Shown piece after piece: positions 43,293-51,580 of a stretch of 61,036 bases of DNA. The translations under genes and the position numbers were made by a program. The stretch is taken from contig JBDHIW010000005.1 in assembly GCA_039587215.1 (NCBI GenBank), positions 1 through 61,036 of the forward strand. Direction: 5' to 3'. Origin of the DNA: Gemmatimonadota bacterium (GTDB lineage Bacteria; Gemmatimonadota; Gemmatimonadetes; Gemmatimonadales; GWC2-71-9). Position 1 is the first letter of the stretch. Each line of letters begins with the position of its first letter. The notes below the pieces were generated by a model. The model searched no databases. It was not told the DNA's origin and was given only the letters and a program-made list of their open reading frames with translations.

Positions 43293-45161
43293 ATGCCCGC
43301 CACGCGAGAGCGCCCACCACAAGCCTTCACGCGACGCATCGCCGTCGAGACGCCCGAGCACGTCGTTCTGCAGTTGGAGCTCGCCGGTCTGGGGTCACGT
43401 GTCGCGGCGGCCCTGCTCGATCTCGTCGTGCAGGTGGGGATTCTGCTGCTGCTCGTCGTGGCAGTGGCCCTGGCCGGGGCGAGCGGGTTTGCCGCGGCCC
43501 TCGGGGACGTGGCGGGGGGGTGGATCAGCGCGCTGCTGGTCGTGGTCTGGTTCGCGATCCTCTGGGGCTACTTCGCCCTGTTCGAGGCCCTCTGGGGTGG
43601 ACGCACGCCGGGCAAACACCGGCTCGGCATCCGCGTGGTCATGGACACGGGACACCCGGTGACCTTCGGCGCGGCGGCGATCCGGAACCTGCTGCGCATC
43701 GCGGACGCACAGCCCTTCAACATGTACCTGGTAGGGCTGCCCTTCCTGTTCTTTCAGCGGCATCACCGCCGCCTTGGCGACCTCGTGGCCGGCACCATCG
43801 TGGTCTACGACCGCCCCGCGGAAGGGGGGCTCGCCGCGGCGGCCGAGGCCGCGCAGGACATCGCTCCGCCCCTCGATCTCGGGCCGCCCCAGCTCTCCGA
43901 CGACGAGTTCCACCTGCTGGACCGCGTGGTGTCGCGGCTCGACGATCTCGACGCGGCGTCGCGGCAACGCCTGCTGCCCCCGGTCCTCGAGCGGCTTTCC
44001 GCCCGAGTCCCGTGGGACGGCCGGCGTCCCGAGGGATTCTTGACCACACTACACACGGACGAACTCGCCCGGCGTCAGGCCCGCAGCGCGACGCGCACGG
44101 GCAGCGACGCCGCGAAAGCATCGAGCTCGGCGCACCGGTTCGTGGCGCTCCGACAAGCCGAGTGGAGCCAGTTCCACCGGGACGCCATGCAGATACAGCG
44201 CGGGCTGGCCGGACTCGGCGGGGACGAGATCATCCAGTTCACCCGACGGTACCGAGCAATCACCGCCGATCTGGCACGCGCCCGCACGTACGGGGTCGAC
44301 CAGCGGACGCTCGAGTACCTCGAGCGAATCGCGAGCGCCGGCCACAACGCAGTCTACGGCCTGCGCGGCGTGCGCCGCGTCCCGCTGGGCCAGCTACTGC
44401 TGCGCGAGCTTCCCCGCGCGGTGTACCGTCAGCGGCGGCTGGTGGCGGCCGCCGCCGCGATCTTCTTCCTGCCCGGTTTCGCCGGCTACACGCTCGTCCG
44501 CGAGCAGCCGGAGCTTGCCACCCAGATCCTGCCCGCCGTCATGATCGAGCGTGCCGAGTCGGGTGCCTACGCCATCGAGACGGGCCGTGGATACGCCGAA
44601 ACCCCGTCACCGTACCTGCCGACGGTGGCGTCGCAGATCGTGGCCAACAACGTCCAGGTCGCGTTCGGAGCGTTCGCGCTCGGGATCGCCGGCGGCGTCG
44701 GCACGGTGGCGGTGCTGGGATTCAACGGCGTGTTTTTCGGTGCGGTCCTCGGTCTGTTCGCCAACTACGGGATCGTCGGGTGGCTGCTCACGTTCGTGGC
44801 CGGACACGGCGTCCTCGAGCTCACCGCGATCTTCGTTGCCGGAGCCGCGGGCCTGCTCGTCGGCTCCGCCATCCTGCTGCCCGGCGACCTCGCGCGGCGC
44901 GACGCGCTCGTAGTGCGCGGCCGGGAGGCCATTCGACTCGTCGGTGCGGCCGCCTCGCTGCTCGTACTGGCCGGCCTCATCGAGGGGTTCCTGTCGGCAA
45001 GCGGCGCACCGACGGCCCTCAAGCTGGGGGTGAGCGCTGCTAGCGCCGTGCTGGTCGCGCTCTACTTCCTCGCGGGGCGTGGCGCACCGGCGGGCGCCGG
45101 TGCGCCGCCGCCGCCGGTCACTCCCGAGGAACGCCGACGCGAACCAGCAGCTTCTCCATGA
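43293..45161 (+). CDS. RDD-domain / SpoIIM-like (DUF95) fusion membrane protein
   Basis: N-terminal RDD domain (AAALLDLVVQ..., WGGRTPGKHRLGIRVV, RRLGDLVAGTIVV). Central helical linker. C-terminal SpoIIM/DUF95-like region (IVANNVQVAFGAFALGIAGGVGTV...GHGVLELTAIFVAGAAGL). Confidence 0.75.
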   Translation: MPATRERPPQAFTRRIAVETPEHVVLQLELAGLGSRVAAALLDLVVQVGILLLLVVAVALAGASGFAAALGDVAGGWISALLVVVWFAILWGYFALFEALWGGRTPGKHRLGIRVVMDTGHPVTFGAAAIRNLLRIADAQPFNMYLVGLPFLFFQRHHRRLGDLVAGTIVVYDRPAEGGLAAAAEAAQDIAPPLDLGPPQLSDDEFHLLDRVVSRLDDLDAASRQRLLPPVLERLSARVPWDGRRPEGFLTTLHTDELARRQARSATRTGSDAAKASSSAHRFVALRQAEWSQFHRDAMQIQRGLAGLGGDEIIQFTRRYRAITADLARARTYGVDQRTLEYLERIASAGHNAVYGLRGVRRVPLGQLLLRELPRAVYRQRRLVAAAAAIFFLPGFAGYTLVREQPELATQILPAVMIERAESGAYAIETGRGYAETPSPYLPTVASQIVANNVQVAFGAFALGIAGGVGTVAVLGFNGVFFGAVLGLFANYGIVGWLLTFVAGHGVLELTAIFVAGAAGLLVGSAILLPGDLARRDALVVRGREAIRLVGAAASLLVLAGLIEGFLSASGAPTALKLGVSAASAVLVALYFLAGRGAPAGAGAPPPPVTPEERRREPAASP

Positions 45162-45309
45162 GGCACCACCGCGTCAGGCTCGACTGGACGAGATTCAGCC
45201 CAACGAAGGCTGTGAAGAGCAGCCACAGCGGGTTCACCCAGTAGCCCAGTACGAGTGACAGCAGCACGAACGATCCAGCGATCGCCCGAATGACGTAGTG
45301 CATGGTCAT
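45118..45309 (-). CDS. DUF2892 (YgaP-like) small membrane protein
   Basis: 63 aa, two TM segments, conserved ...NLVQSSLTRWCLMEKLL... single-Cys motif. ATG is preceded by gaggagg and overlaps the upstream stop (ATGA). Confidence 0.75.
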   Translation of the reverse strand: MTMHYVIRAIAGSFVLLSLVLGYWVNPLWLLFTAFVGLNLVQSSLTRWCLMEKLLVRVGVPRE

Positions 45310-45602
45310 ACGACCTCCTCGGCCGCGGACGCGTAGACGCGCAGTCCCGCGTGTCGGTGTTCAGTGGATTTGAGAGTGGCTAGCCGCTCGATGAGCGGCG
45401 CGCGACAGTCGTCGTCGACCATCACGAGATACAGCGTGTTGGATCCTGGAAACGCCCGGGTGCCGAACTTCTTCCCCGAGCGCCCCTTCCCATGCACCCG
45501 CGGGAACTCCGTATACCCCGGTAGGTCGCACTCGTCGAGGAGCTTCTCGACGTCCGACGCGTGATCCGCGTCGACGAACACCATCATCATCGTTCGCGTC
45601 AT
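45306..45602 (-). CDS. PII-like (GlnB-fold / DUF3240-like) small protein
   Basis: Tail of track ORF 45306..46103. ATG 45602 overlaps the RND stop (ATGA). MMMVFVDADHASDVEKLLDECDLPGYTEFPRVHGKG... has a beta-alpha-beta pattern typical of PII-like proteins found beside RND pumps. Confidence 0.6.
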   Translation of the reverse strand: MTRTMMMVFVDADHASDVEKLLDECDLPGYTEFPRVHGKGRSGKKFGTRAFPGSNTLYLVMVDDDCRAPLIERLATLKSTEHRHAGLRVYASAAEEVV

Positions 45603-48600
45603 CGTTCCATCTCGTAGTAGAGGAGAGGGATGGCCACGAGCGTGAGCGCCGTCGCGACGACCGCGCCGCTGATGAGAGCCATGCCCAGTCCCTGGAAAAT
45701 GGGATCGCGCACCATGACCAACCCGCCGATCACGACCGCCAGGGCGGTCAGGATGATGGGACGCGACCGAATCAGTCCGGACGCCACGACGGCCCGCCGT
45801 AGCGGCTCTCCGCGATCGAGTCCGAGCTGGATGAAGTCGACCAACAGGATCGAATTCCGGACGATGATGCCGGCCAGGGCGATCATCCCGATCATTGACG
45901 TCGCGGTGAAGAACGCGCCCGTCGCGGCATGCGCGGGCAGGATGCCGATGAGCGTCAGCGGGATCGGCGCCATGATCACGAGCGGGATCGTGAAGGACTG
46001 GAACCACGCCACGACGAGCACGTAGATCAGCACGAGCACGGCCGCGAACGCGATACCGAGATCGCGGAAGACGTCGCGGGTGACGTCCCACTCGCCGTCC
46101 CACACGACGAACGGCTCTTCGGTGAGCGTCGGCCCTTTGCCCCAGTGGACCGCGTTGTCACCCACCGCCTCCCGGAGCCCGTCTTCCATCTCGAGCATCG
46201 CGTACACCGGGCTCTCGAGTCGTCCGGCGACGTCCCCCGTGACATACACCACGGGCATCAGGTTCTTGTGGAAGATCGGCGTCGACGACTCCACCGTCTC
46301 GAACGCCGCGAGCGTGCCCAGCCGCCGGGCGCCGAGTGCCGTCGCAATCGGCATGGCCGCCAGCTCCGCCACCGACCCCATCAGCGAGTCCGGAAGCTGC
46401 ACGCGGATCGCCACCGCCTCCGCCGCCTGCTCGTCATGCAGGAGGCCCACGGCCGCGCCGTTCATGGACGCGGCGATCGTACGGGCCACGTCGTGCGGAT
46501 TGGTAGTGGCATACGCCGCCTCGGTCGGCGCCACCGACGCGCGGAGCTGGGCGTGCGACGCTTCGACGGACCAATCGACGTCGACCACGCCGTCCGTCGC
46601 AACAAAGACCTCGCGCACGCGCTCGGCCGCGGCGATCTGCGTCTCGTAGTCGGGCCCGTAGACCTCGGCCACCAGCGTCGCGTACACGGGCGGCCCCGGC
46701 GGAATCTCCGCCAGCTTCACCGCGGCTCCGAAGGCCGATGCGATCGAATCCACGACCGGGCGCATCCGCAGCGCAACATCGTGGCTCTGGTCGTCGCGGT
46801 GATGCTTGGCCACGAGGTTGACTTGCACGTCGGCCACAGTGGGACCGCGCCGAAGGAAGTAGTGGCGCACCAGCCCGTTGAAGTTGAAAGGTGCTGCGAC
46901 GCCCGCATACGTCTGGATATCCCGGACATCGGGATCGCGCGCCACGGCGAGCGCCAGCGCCTGCGCGACCTCCGCGGTGCGCTCCAACGTCGTCCCCTCC
47001 GGCATGTCGACGATCAACTGGAACTCACTCTTGTTGTCGAACGGCAGCATCTTCACCGTCACGAGCTTGGCGGGAAGCAGCACCACGGCGCCGAGCAGCA
47101 GCACGACCATCGCGCCGTACGCCATCACCCGTCGGCGCGTGCCGTCAAGCAGCCACTCGAGCATGCGCCGATACCAGGTCGCGAGCGCGCCGGTGGGAAG
47201 CGGTTCCGATGTCGACACCTCGACCTCGGTTGCGGGCGCGTGCCCCTTGACCAAGCGAATCGCCAGGTACGGCGTCACGATGAACGCCACCGCGAGGGAG
47301 AACAGCATCGCCACGGACGCTCCGACGGGGATCGGCTGCATGTACGGGCCCATCAGTCCGGACACGAACGCCATGGGCAGAATCGCGGCAATGACGGTGA
47401 AGGTCGCGAGGATCGTCGGATTCCCCACCTCGTCGACCGCGACCACCGCGGCTTCGTCCGGACTCCGCTGCCGCAATCCCAGATGGCGGGCGATGTTCTC
47501 GACGACGACGATCGCGTCGTCGACGAGGATACCGATCGCGAACACGAGCGCGAACAGGGTGATGCGGTTGAGCGTATATCCGTACAGGCGGTACACCAGC
47601 AGCGTCAGCGCGAGGGTGACGGGGACCGCCACCAGCACCACGACCGCCTCGCGCCATCCGAGCGCCCACCACACCAGCAGCACGACGCCGACCGTCGCGA
47701 CCAGAATGTGGAACAGGAGCTCCTGCGACTTCTCCGTGGCGGTTTCGCCATAGTCGCGCGTCACCGTCACCTGCACGTCCTCCGCGATCACTGCGCCGGT
47801 GAGATCGTCGACCCGAGCCATCACCTGGTGGGCGATGGTGGCGGCGTTGGTGCCCTCGCGCTTGGCAATCGCGACCGTCACGGCCGGCGTGAACGCGCTC
47901 CCCGCCGCACCGCCTGGCAGGAAGCTGACGTAGCTCTGGGGCTCGGCGGGACCGTCGGCCACGGTCGCGACGTCGCGCAACAGCACCGGGCGACCGGCCA
48001 CGACGCCCACAACGACGGTCTCCACCTGCTCCACCCGGCGCAGCAACCCACCCACCCGCACGGGCACGGTACGCTGCTGCATGAGGAGTTCGCCTGCCGG
48101 CAGCTCCGTGTTGGCCACACCCAACGCCTGCATCACGACGGCCGCCGACAGGCCGCGTGCCGAGAGCGCCTGGGGATCGAGTGTCACCGCGACTTCGCGG
48201 GGCGCGCCGCCGATGACCCACGTCTCCGCCACGTCCGGGATCCGCTTGAGTTCCGTGGCCAGTTCGGCCGCCTGCTGGCGCAGCAGGTAGCCGTCACCGA
48301 GATCGGCCCCGCCCGACAGCGTGATCGTGAGGATGGGGACCTCGTTGATCCCGTGCAGCGTGATCAGCGGCGGGGTCGCCCCGGGCGGGGTCTTGTCGGC
48401 GTTCGCCAGCAGTTTGCCGTAGAGGCGCGCCAACGCCATCTCGGGTTCCGTGCCCACATCGTAGCGCGCCGTGATCAATGCGCCGTCACTCTGGGCCACG
48501 CTGTAGACATAGTCGACCGACGGAATCTCCCAGATCATCCGCTCGAGCGGCTCGACGATGCGGCGCTCCACTTCGCTCGGCGTAGCGCCCGGCAACCCGA

Positions 48601-48760
48601 CCGCAACGTCGATCATCGGTACGCGGATCTGGGGCTCCTCTTCGCGCGGGGTGGTGAGCAGGCCGCCGATGCCCGCCACCATCGAAGCCCCCACGAGCAA
48701 TGGGGTCAGCTTCGAGTTCAGGAAGCGCTGCGCGATCGCGCCGGAGAACCCCGTCTTCAC
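45599..48760 (-). CDS. Efflux RND transporter permease (AcrB/CzcA superfamily)
   Basis: 1053 aa with 12-TM/two-large-loop architecture. N-terminal FLNSKLTPLLVGASMVAGIGG and FALVFAIGILVDDAIVVVENI motifs. GTG start overlaps the adaptor stop (GTGA). Confidence 0.9.
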   Translation of the reverse strand: MKTGFSGAIAQRFLNSKLTPLLVGASMVAGIGGLLTTPREEEPQIRVPMIDVAVGLPGATPSEVERRIVEPLERMIWEIPSVDYVYSVAQSDGALITARYDVGTEPEMALARLYGKLLANADKTPPGATPPLITLHGINEVPILTITLSGGADLGDGYLLRQQAAELATELKRIPDVAETWVIGGAPREVAVTLDPQALSARGLSAAVVMQALGVANTELPAGELLMQQRTVPVRVGGLLRRVEQVETVVVGVVAGRPVLLRDVATVADGPAEPQSYVSFLPGGAAGSAFTPAVTVAIAKREGTNAATIAHQVMARVDDLTGAVIAEDVQVTVTRDYGETATEKSQELLFHILVATVGVVLLVWWALGWREAVVVLVAVPVTLALTLLVYRLYGYTLNRITLFALVFAIGILVDDAIVVVENIARHLGLRQRSPDEAAVVAVDEVGNPTILATFTVIAAILPMAFVSGLMGPYMQPIPVGASVAMLFSLAVAFIVTPYLAIRLVKGHAPATEVEVSTSEPLPTGALATWYRRMLEWLLDGTRRRVMAYGAMVVLLLGAVVLLPAKLVTVKMLPFDNKSEFQLIVDMPEGTTLERTAEVAQALALAVARDPDVRDIQTYAGVAAPFNFNGLVRHYFLRRGPTVADVQVNLVAKHHRDDQSHDVALRMRPVVDSIASAFGAAVKLAEIPPGPPVYATLVAEVYGPDYETQIAAAERVREVFVATDGVVDVDWSVEASHAQLRASVAPTEAAYATTNPHDVARTIAASMNGAAVGLLHDEQAAEAVAIRVQLPDSLMGSVAELAAMPIATALGARRLGTLAAFETVESSTPIFHKNLMPVVYVTGDVAGRLESPVYAMLEMEDGLREAVGDNAVHWGKGPTLTEEPFVVWDGEWDVTRDVFRDLGIAFAAVLVLIYVLVVAWFQSFTIPLVIMAPIPLTLIGILPAHAATGAFFTATSMIGMIALAGIIVRNSILLVDFIQLGLDRGEPLRRAVVASGLIRSRPIILTALAVVIGGLVMVRDPIFQGLGMALISGAVVATALTLVAIPLLYYEMER

Positions 48761-49782
48761 AGGACGATCCTGTCGCCGACGGCCAGGCCGCTCAGTACCT
48801 CGACGCGCTCCTGGTCAACACCCTCGCGCCGCTGCTCCGGTGAGACTGCGCGACCGAGTCGGATCCAGCGGAGCACCGCACCGTCGTCGGTCAGCACGCG
48901 AACCCCGGTCAACTGACCCCGGCGCACGACCGCGTGCGCCGGGATCGCGATCGTGGACACTTCCCGACCGGGCACCAGCGCGGTGACGGCGATGCCCGTT
49001 GGCCAGTCCGCCGGAAGTGTGACACGCACCTCCACCGTCCGGGTCCGCGGGTCCGCTCCGGCCGCCACCGCGCGCACCGGCGCCACGACCTCACGCCCGC
49101 CGGGCTCCACGACGCGCACGGGCGCAGCGGTCTCCAGCTCCGCCGCCATGTCCACCGGGACGGCGAGGATGGCCTCACGCGCTCCGTCGCCCTCGATACC
49201 AATGAGCGACATACCGGGCGCGGCGAGATCACCGACGCTCACCGACCGCTGCACGACGAACCCCGCGAACGGTGCGCGGATCGCCGCATAGCGGTCCGCC
49301 GCCTCGACCTCGGCGACCGCCGCCTCCGCCATCGCCAGCTGCGCCGCAGCGTGGGTGCGCTGCAGGACCGCCTGATCACGCTGCACGCGGGCGACGGCGT
49401 CCTGCGCAAGCAACGTGTCCATGCGGGCCGCGTGACGCTCAGCCTCCGCCAGCCCGGCTCGAGCCACCGAGAGAGCCGCGTCCGCCTTCGCGCGGTTGGC
49501 CTCGATGTCATCCACTCCCAGGCGGACGAGCACCTGACCCGTCTCCACTCGCGCACCCACTTCGACGGTGACCGCCGTGACGCGCGCCATCATTCGGGTG
49601 GAGAGTGACGCCCGATTCACGCCCTGCACCGTGCCGTGCACCGGAAGCACGGTCGCGAGCGGTTCGGCCGTCACCGTCAGGGTCGGCGACACGTTCTGCA
49701 CCACCGGACGGGGCTCCGGCTCCGGATGGCCACACGCCGCGACCGCGGCCGTGGCGATGGTCCCTACCAGCAATCGCTTCAT
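48757..49782 (-). CDS. Efflux RND periplasmic adaptor (MFP/HlyD family) lipoprotein
   Basis: Lipoprotein signal MKRLLVGTIATAAVAACG. Coiled-coil hairpin region (ANRAKADAALSVARAGLAEAERHAARMDTL...). Barrel-sandwich motifs. Overlaps the neighbouring genes by 4 nt at both ends. Confidence 0.85.
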   Translation of the reverse strand: MKRLLVGTIATAAVAACGHPEPEPRPVVQNVSPTLTVTAEPLATVLPVHGTVQGVNRASLSTRMMARVTAVTVEVGARVETGQVLVRLGVDDIEANRAKADAALSVARAGLAEAERHAARMDTLLAQDAVARVQRDQAVLQRTHAAAQLAMAEAAVAEVEAADRYAAIRAPFAGFVVQRSVSVGDLAAPGMSLIGIEGDGAREAILAVPVDMAAELETAAPVRVVEPGGREVVAPVRAVAAGADPRTRTVEVRVTLPADWPTGIAVTALVPGREVSTIAIPAHAVVRRGQLTGVRVLTDDGAVLRWIRLGRAVSPEQRREGVDQERVEVLSGLAVGDRIVL

Positions 49783-51101
49783 CGGTCAAACACTCCGTAG
49801 GCAAAGTCCAGCGACGCCTGCGCCACGAAGAGGTCGTGACGGGCGCCGAGCAGATTCAGATCGGCAGCGGTCGTCGCTGCCTGCACATCCAACAGTTCCG
49901 TGATCGGGGACTGGCCCTGCTGGTACCGCAGTTCGGCCTGCGCGAGGGCCGCCCGGGCCTCCGCAACGCCCGCGGTCGCCACACCGACACGGGCGGCGGC
50001 CGCCCGGACGAACCGCGTCGCCGATTCCACTTCGAGCGCGGCCTGCCGCCGAGCCATCTCGGCCTGTGCTTCGGCCGCGTCTCGCTGGGCCGCCGCCGCC
50101 CTAACCGCGCCCACCCCCCCGAGCCCCTGGAGCACGTTCCACTTCACGACGAACCCCATCGTCCAATCGCCGCTGCCTCCCGACCACGGGGCCCCGCGGG
50201 CGTGCCGGGCGACCGTGCCGAACAGCGCGACGGAGGGGAGATTCCTTCCCCACGCACTGCGGACACCCGCCACCGCCGCTGCCGCCGCCAGCGACACCGC
50301 CTCGAGATCGGCCCGATCGTCGAGTGCGCAGCCCGCGCCGGGATCCGTGCATATCGTCGCGAATGCGCCGTCCAACGAGTCGGACAGGTCAAGCGTCACG
50401 GTGGGGTCGAGACCGATCAGCATCGCGAGGGCGTCGACGGCGTTGGCCGCCTGGGCACGGGCGGCGAGCTGCCGTGTCTCGACTTCAGCGGCACGCACCC
50501 GGGCGAGCCGCGCGTCCAGGCCCGTGACCATCCCCTGCGCACGCAGTGCTTCGGCCCGATCCACGTGGGCACGTGCAGTCGTCATCGCCGTCGCGAGTGT
50601 CTCCGCCCGCCGTGCGGCGAGTTGCGCACCCCAGTACGCCTGCACCACCTGGAAGACCGTTGCCCCCTCCATCCGGCGCGCCTCCGCGCGCTTGGCGTTG
50701 CCCATCCGCGTCGCCGCCGCGTGGCCGAAGAGCCCCTCCGGCGCGAACAGCGGCAGCGTGAGGGTGGCCGACGACGTGAAGCCACCGTAGGGCTCAGGCG
50801 CATTCAGCGCGTCCAGCGCGAGGTCCGCGGACGCGAAGTTCTCCTGTCGCAGCTTCAGCCCGAACGCACCGACGGGGTCCGTCGTCCGCACGCCGCTCAG
50901 ACCCAGCTCTACCGACGGCAGGAAGGCCCGCGTCGCATCGAGCGAGCGGTGGCGCTCCGCCTCCGCGCTCGAGCGCACCGCTACGAGCATGGCGTTGTCG
51001 CGGCGCGCCCGGTCGATCGCGTCGTCGAGCGACAGCGAGAGCGAGTCGCCCGCCAGCGGCGCGCCCTGAAGAGCGGCAAGTAATAGAGGTATAGCTATCA
51101 T
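49779..51101 (-). CDS. TolC-family outer membrane efflux protein
   Basis: 440 aa with two internally repeated helical/beta halves. LSLDDAIDRARRDNAMLVA is a typical OEP N-terminal motif. Its AT-rich first codons overlap repeat B. Confidence 0.8.
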   Translation of the reverse strand: MIAIPLLLAALQGAPLAGDSLSLSLDDAIDRARRDNAMLVAVRSSAEAERHRSLDATRAFLPSVELGLSGVRTTDPVGAFGLKLRQENFASADLALDALNAPEPYGGFTSSATLTLPLFAPEGLFGHAAATRMGNAKRAEARRMEGATVFQVVQAYWGAQLAARRAETLATAMTTARAHVDRAEALRAQGMVTGLDARLARVRAAEVETRQLAARAQAANAVDALAMLIGLDPTVTLDLSDSLDGAFATICTDPGAGCALDDRADLEAVSLAAAAAVAGVRSAWGRNLPSVALFGTVARHARGAPWSGGSGDWTMGFVVKWNVLQGLGGVGAVRAAAAQRDAAEAQAEMARRQAALEVESATRFVRAAAARVGVATAGVAEARAALAQAELRYQQGQSPITELLDVQAATTAADLNLLGARHDLFVAQASLDFAYGVFDR

Positions 51102-51108
51102 TATATGT
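51081..51108. repeat. AT-rich 28-bp element, copy B (candidate second ArsR operator)
   Basis: taatagaggtatagctatcattatatgt matches copy A (51462..51489) at 20 of 28 positions in my hand alignment, in the same orientation. It shares the ATAGAG and ATAGCTAT cores and spans the tolC-like start codon. Confidence 0.5.
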
Positions 51109-51144
51109 CTCTAGTCAAAAAAAACGGCCTTGGACGTACCGCGG

Positions 51145-51456
51145 TCAGAGGTCACAACTCCTGATGCACTCGAGAATGTGGCGCACCTTCGGCTCCACGA
51201 CCTCGTAGTACACGTGCACACCGTCACGCTCCGCATGGACGATGCCGTACTGGCGCAACCGTGCGAGATGCTGCGACACGATGGCCTGCTCCAATCCCAG
51301 TTCCTCCTGCACGTCCGTCACCGTCCGCGGCGCGTGTTCCAGCACCTCGAGGATTCTCAGGCGGTCCCCATGTCCGAGAATGCGGATCGCGTCGGCCGCC
51401 CGTTGGAGATCAGCCGGCGCCAGGTCGCGTACCATCTTGTGCTTCGTTCGTGCCAT
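51145..51456 (-). CDS. ArsR/SmtB-family transcriptional regulator
   Basis: Tail of track ORF 51145..53073. Winged-HTH LRILEVLEHAPRTVTDVQEELGLEQAIVSQHLARLRQYGIV. C-terminal Cys pair ECIRSC. The start is ATG 51456 (possibly leaderless) or ATG 51465. Confidence 0.85.
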   Translation of the reverse strand: MARTKHKMVRDLAPADLQRAADAIRILGHGDRLRILEVLEHAPRTVTDVQEELGLEQAIVSQHLARLRQYGIVHAERDGVHVYYEVVEPKVRHILECIRSCDL

Positions 51457-51461
51457 GATGG

Positions 51462-51494
51462 ACATAGAGTAATAGCTATTTATGTATGTGTCAA
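51462..51494 (-). promoter_or_regulatory. Candidate sigma70-type promoter of arsR with embedded palindromic operator (repeat copy A)
   Basis: The minus strand reads TTGACA (51494-51489), a 17-nt spacer, then TACTCT (51471-51466). The perfect palindrome AATAGCTATT (51471-51480) lies in the spacer. The -10 hexamer abuts the first ATG, so the transcript probably starts just before ATG 51456. Confidence 0.5.
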
Positions 51495-51580
51495 CCCCGC
51501 CGGCGGTGCTGCGGTTCCGCGCCCGGTTGCAGCGCATCGGTCGAGAGACCGTCAGAGCGGCCGCGCGTGTATGTTGCACC

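Noticed and set aside
51117-51124. A8 (T8 on the minus strand) run between arsR and the tolC-like gene as an intrinsic terminator
   Set aside because: I could not find a convincing upstream stem (at most 3-bp pairings). It is more likely part of the AT-rich regulatory junction than a terminator.
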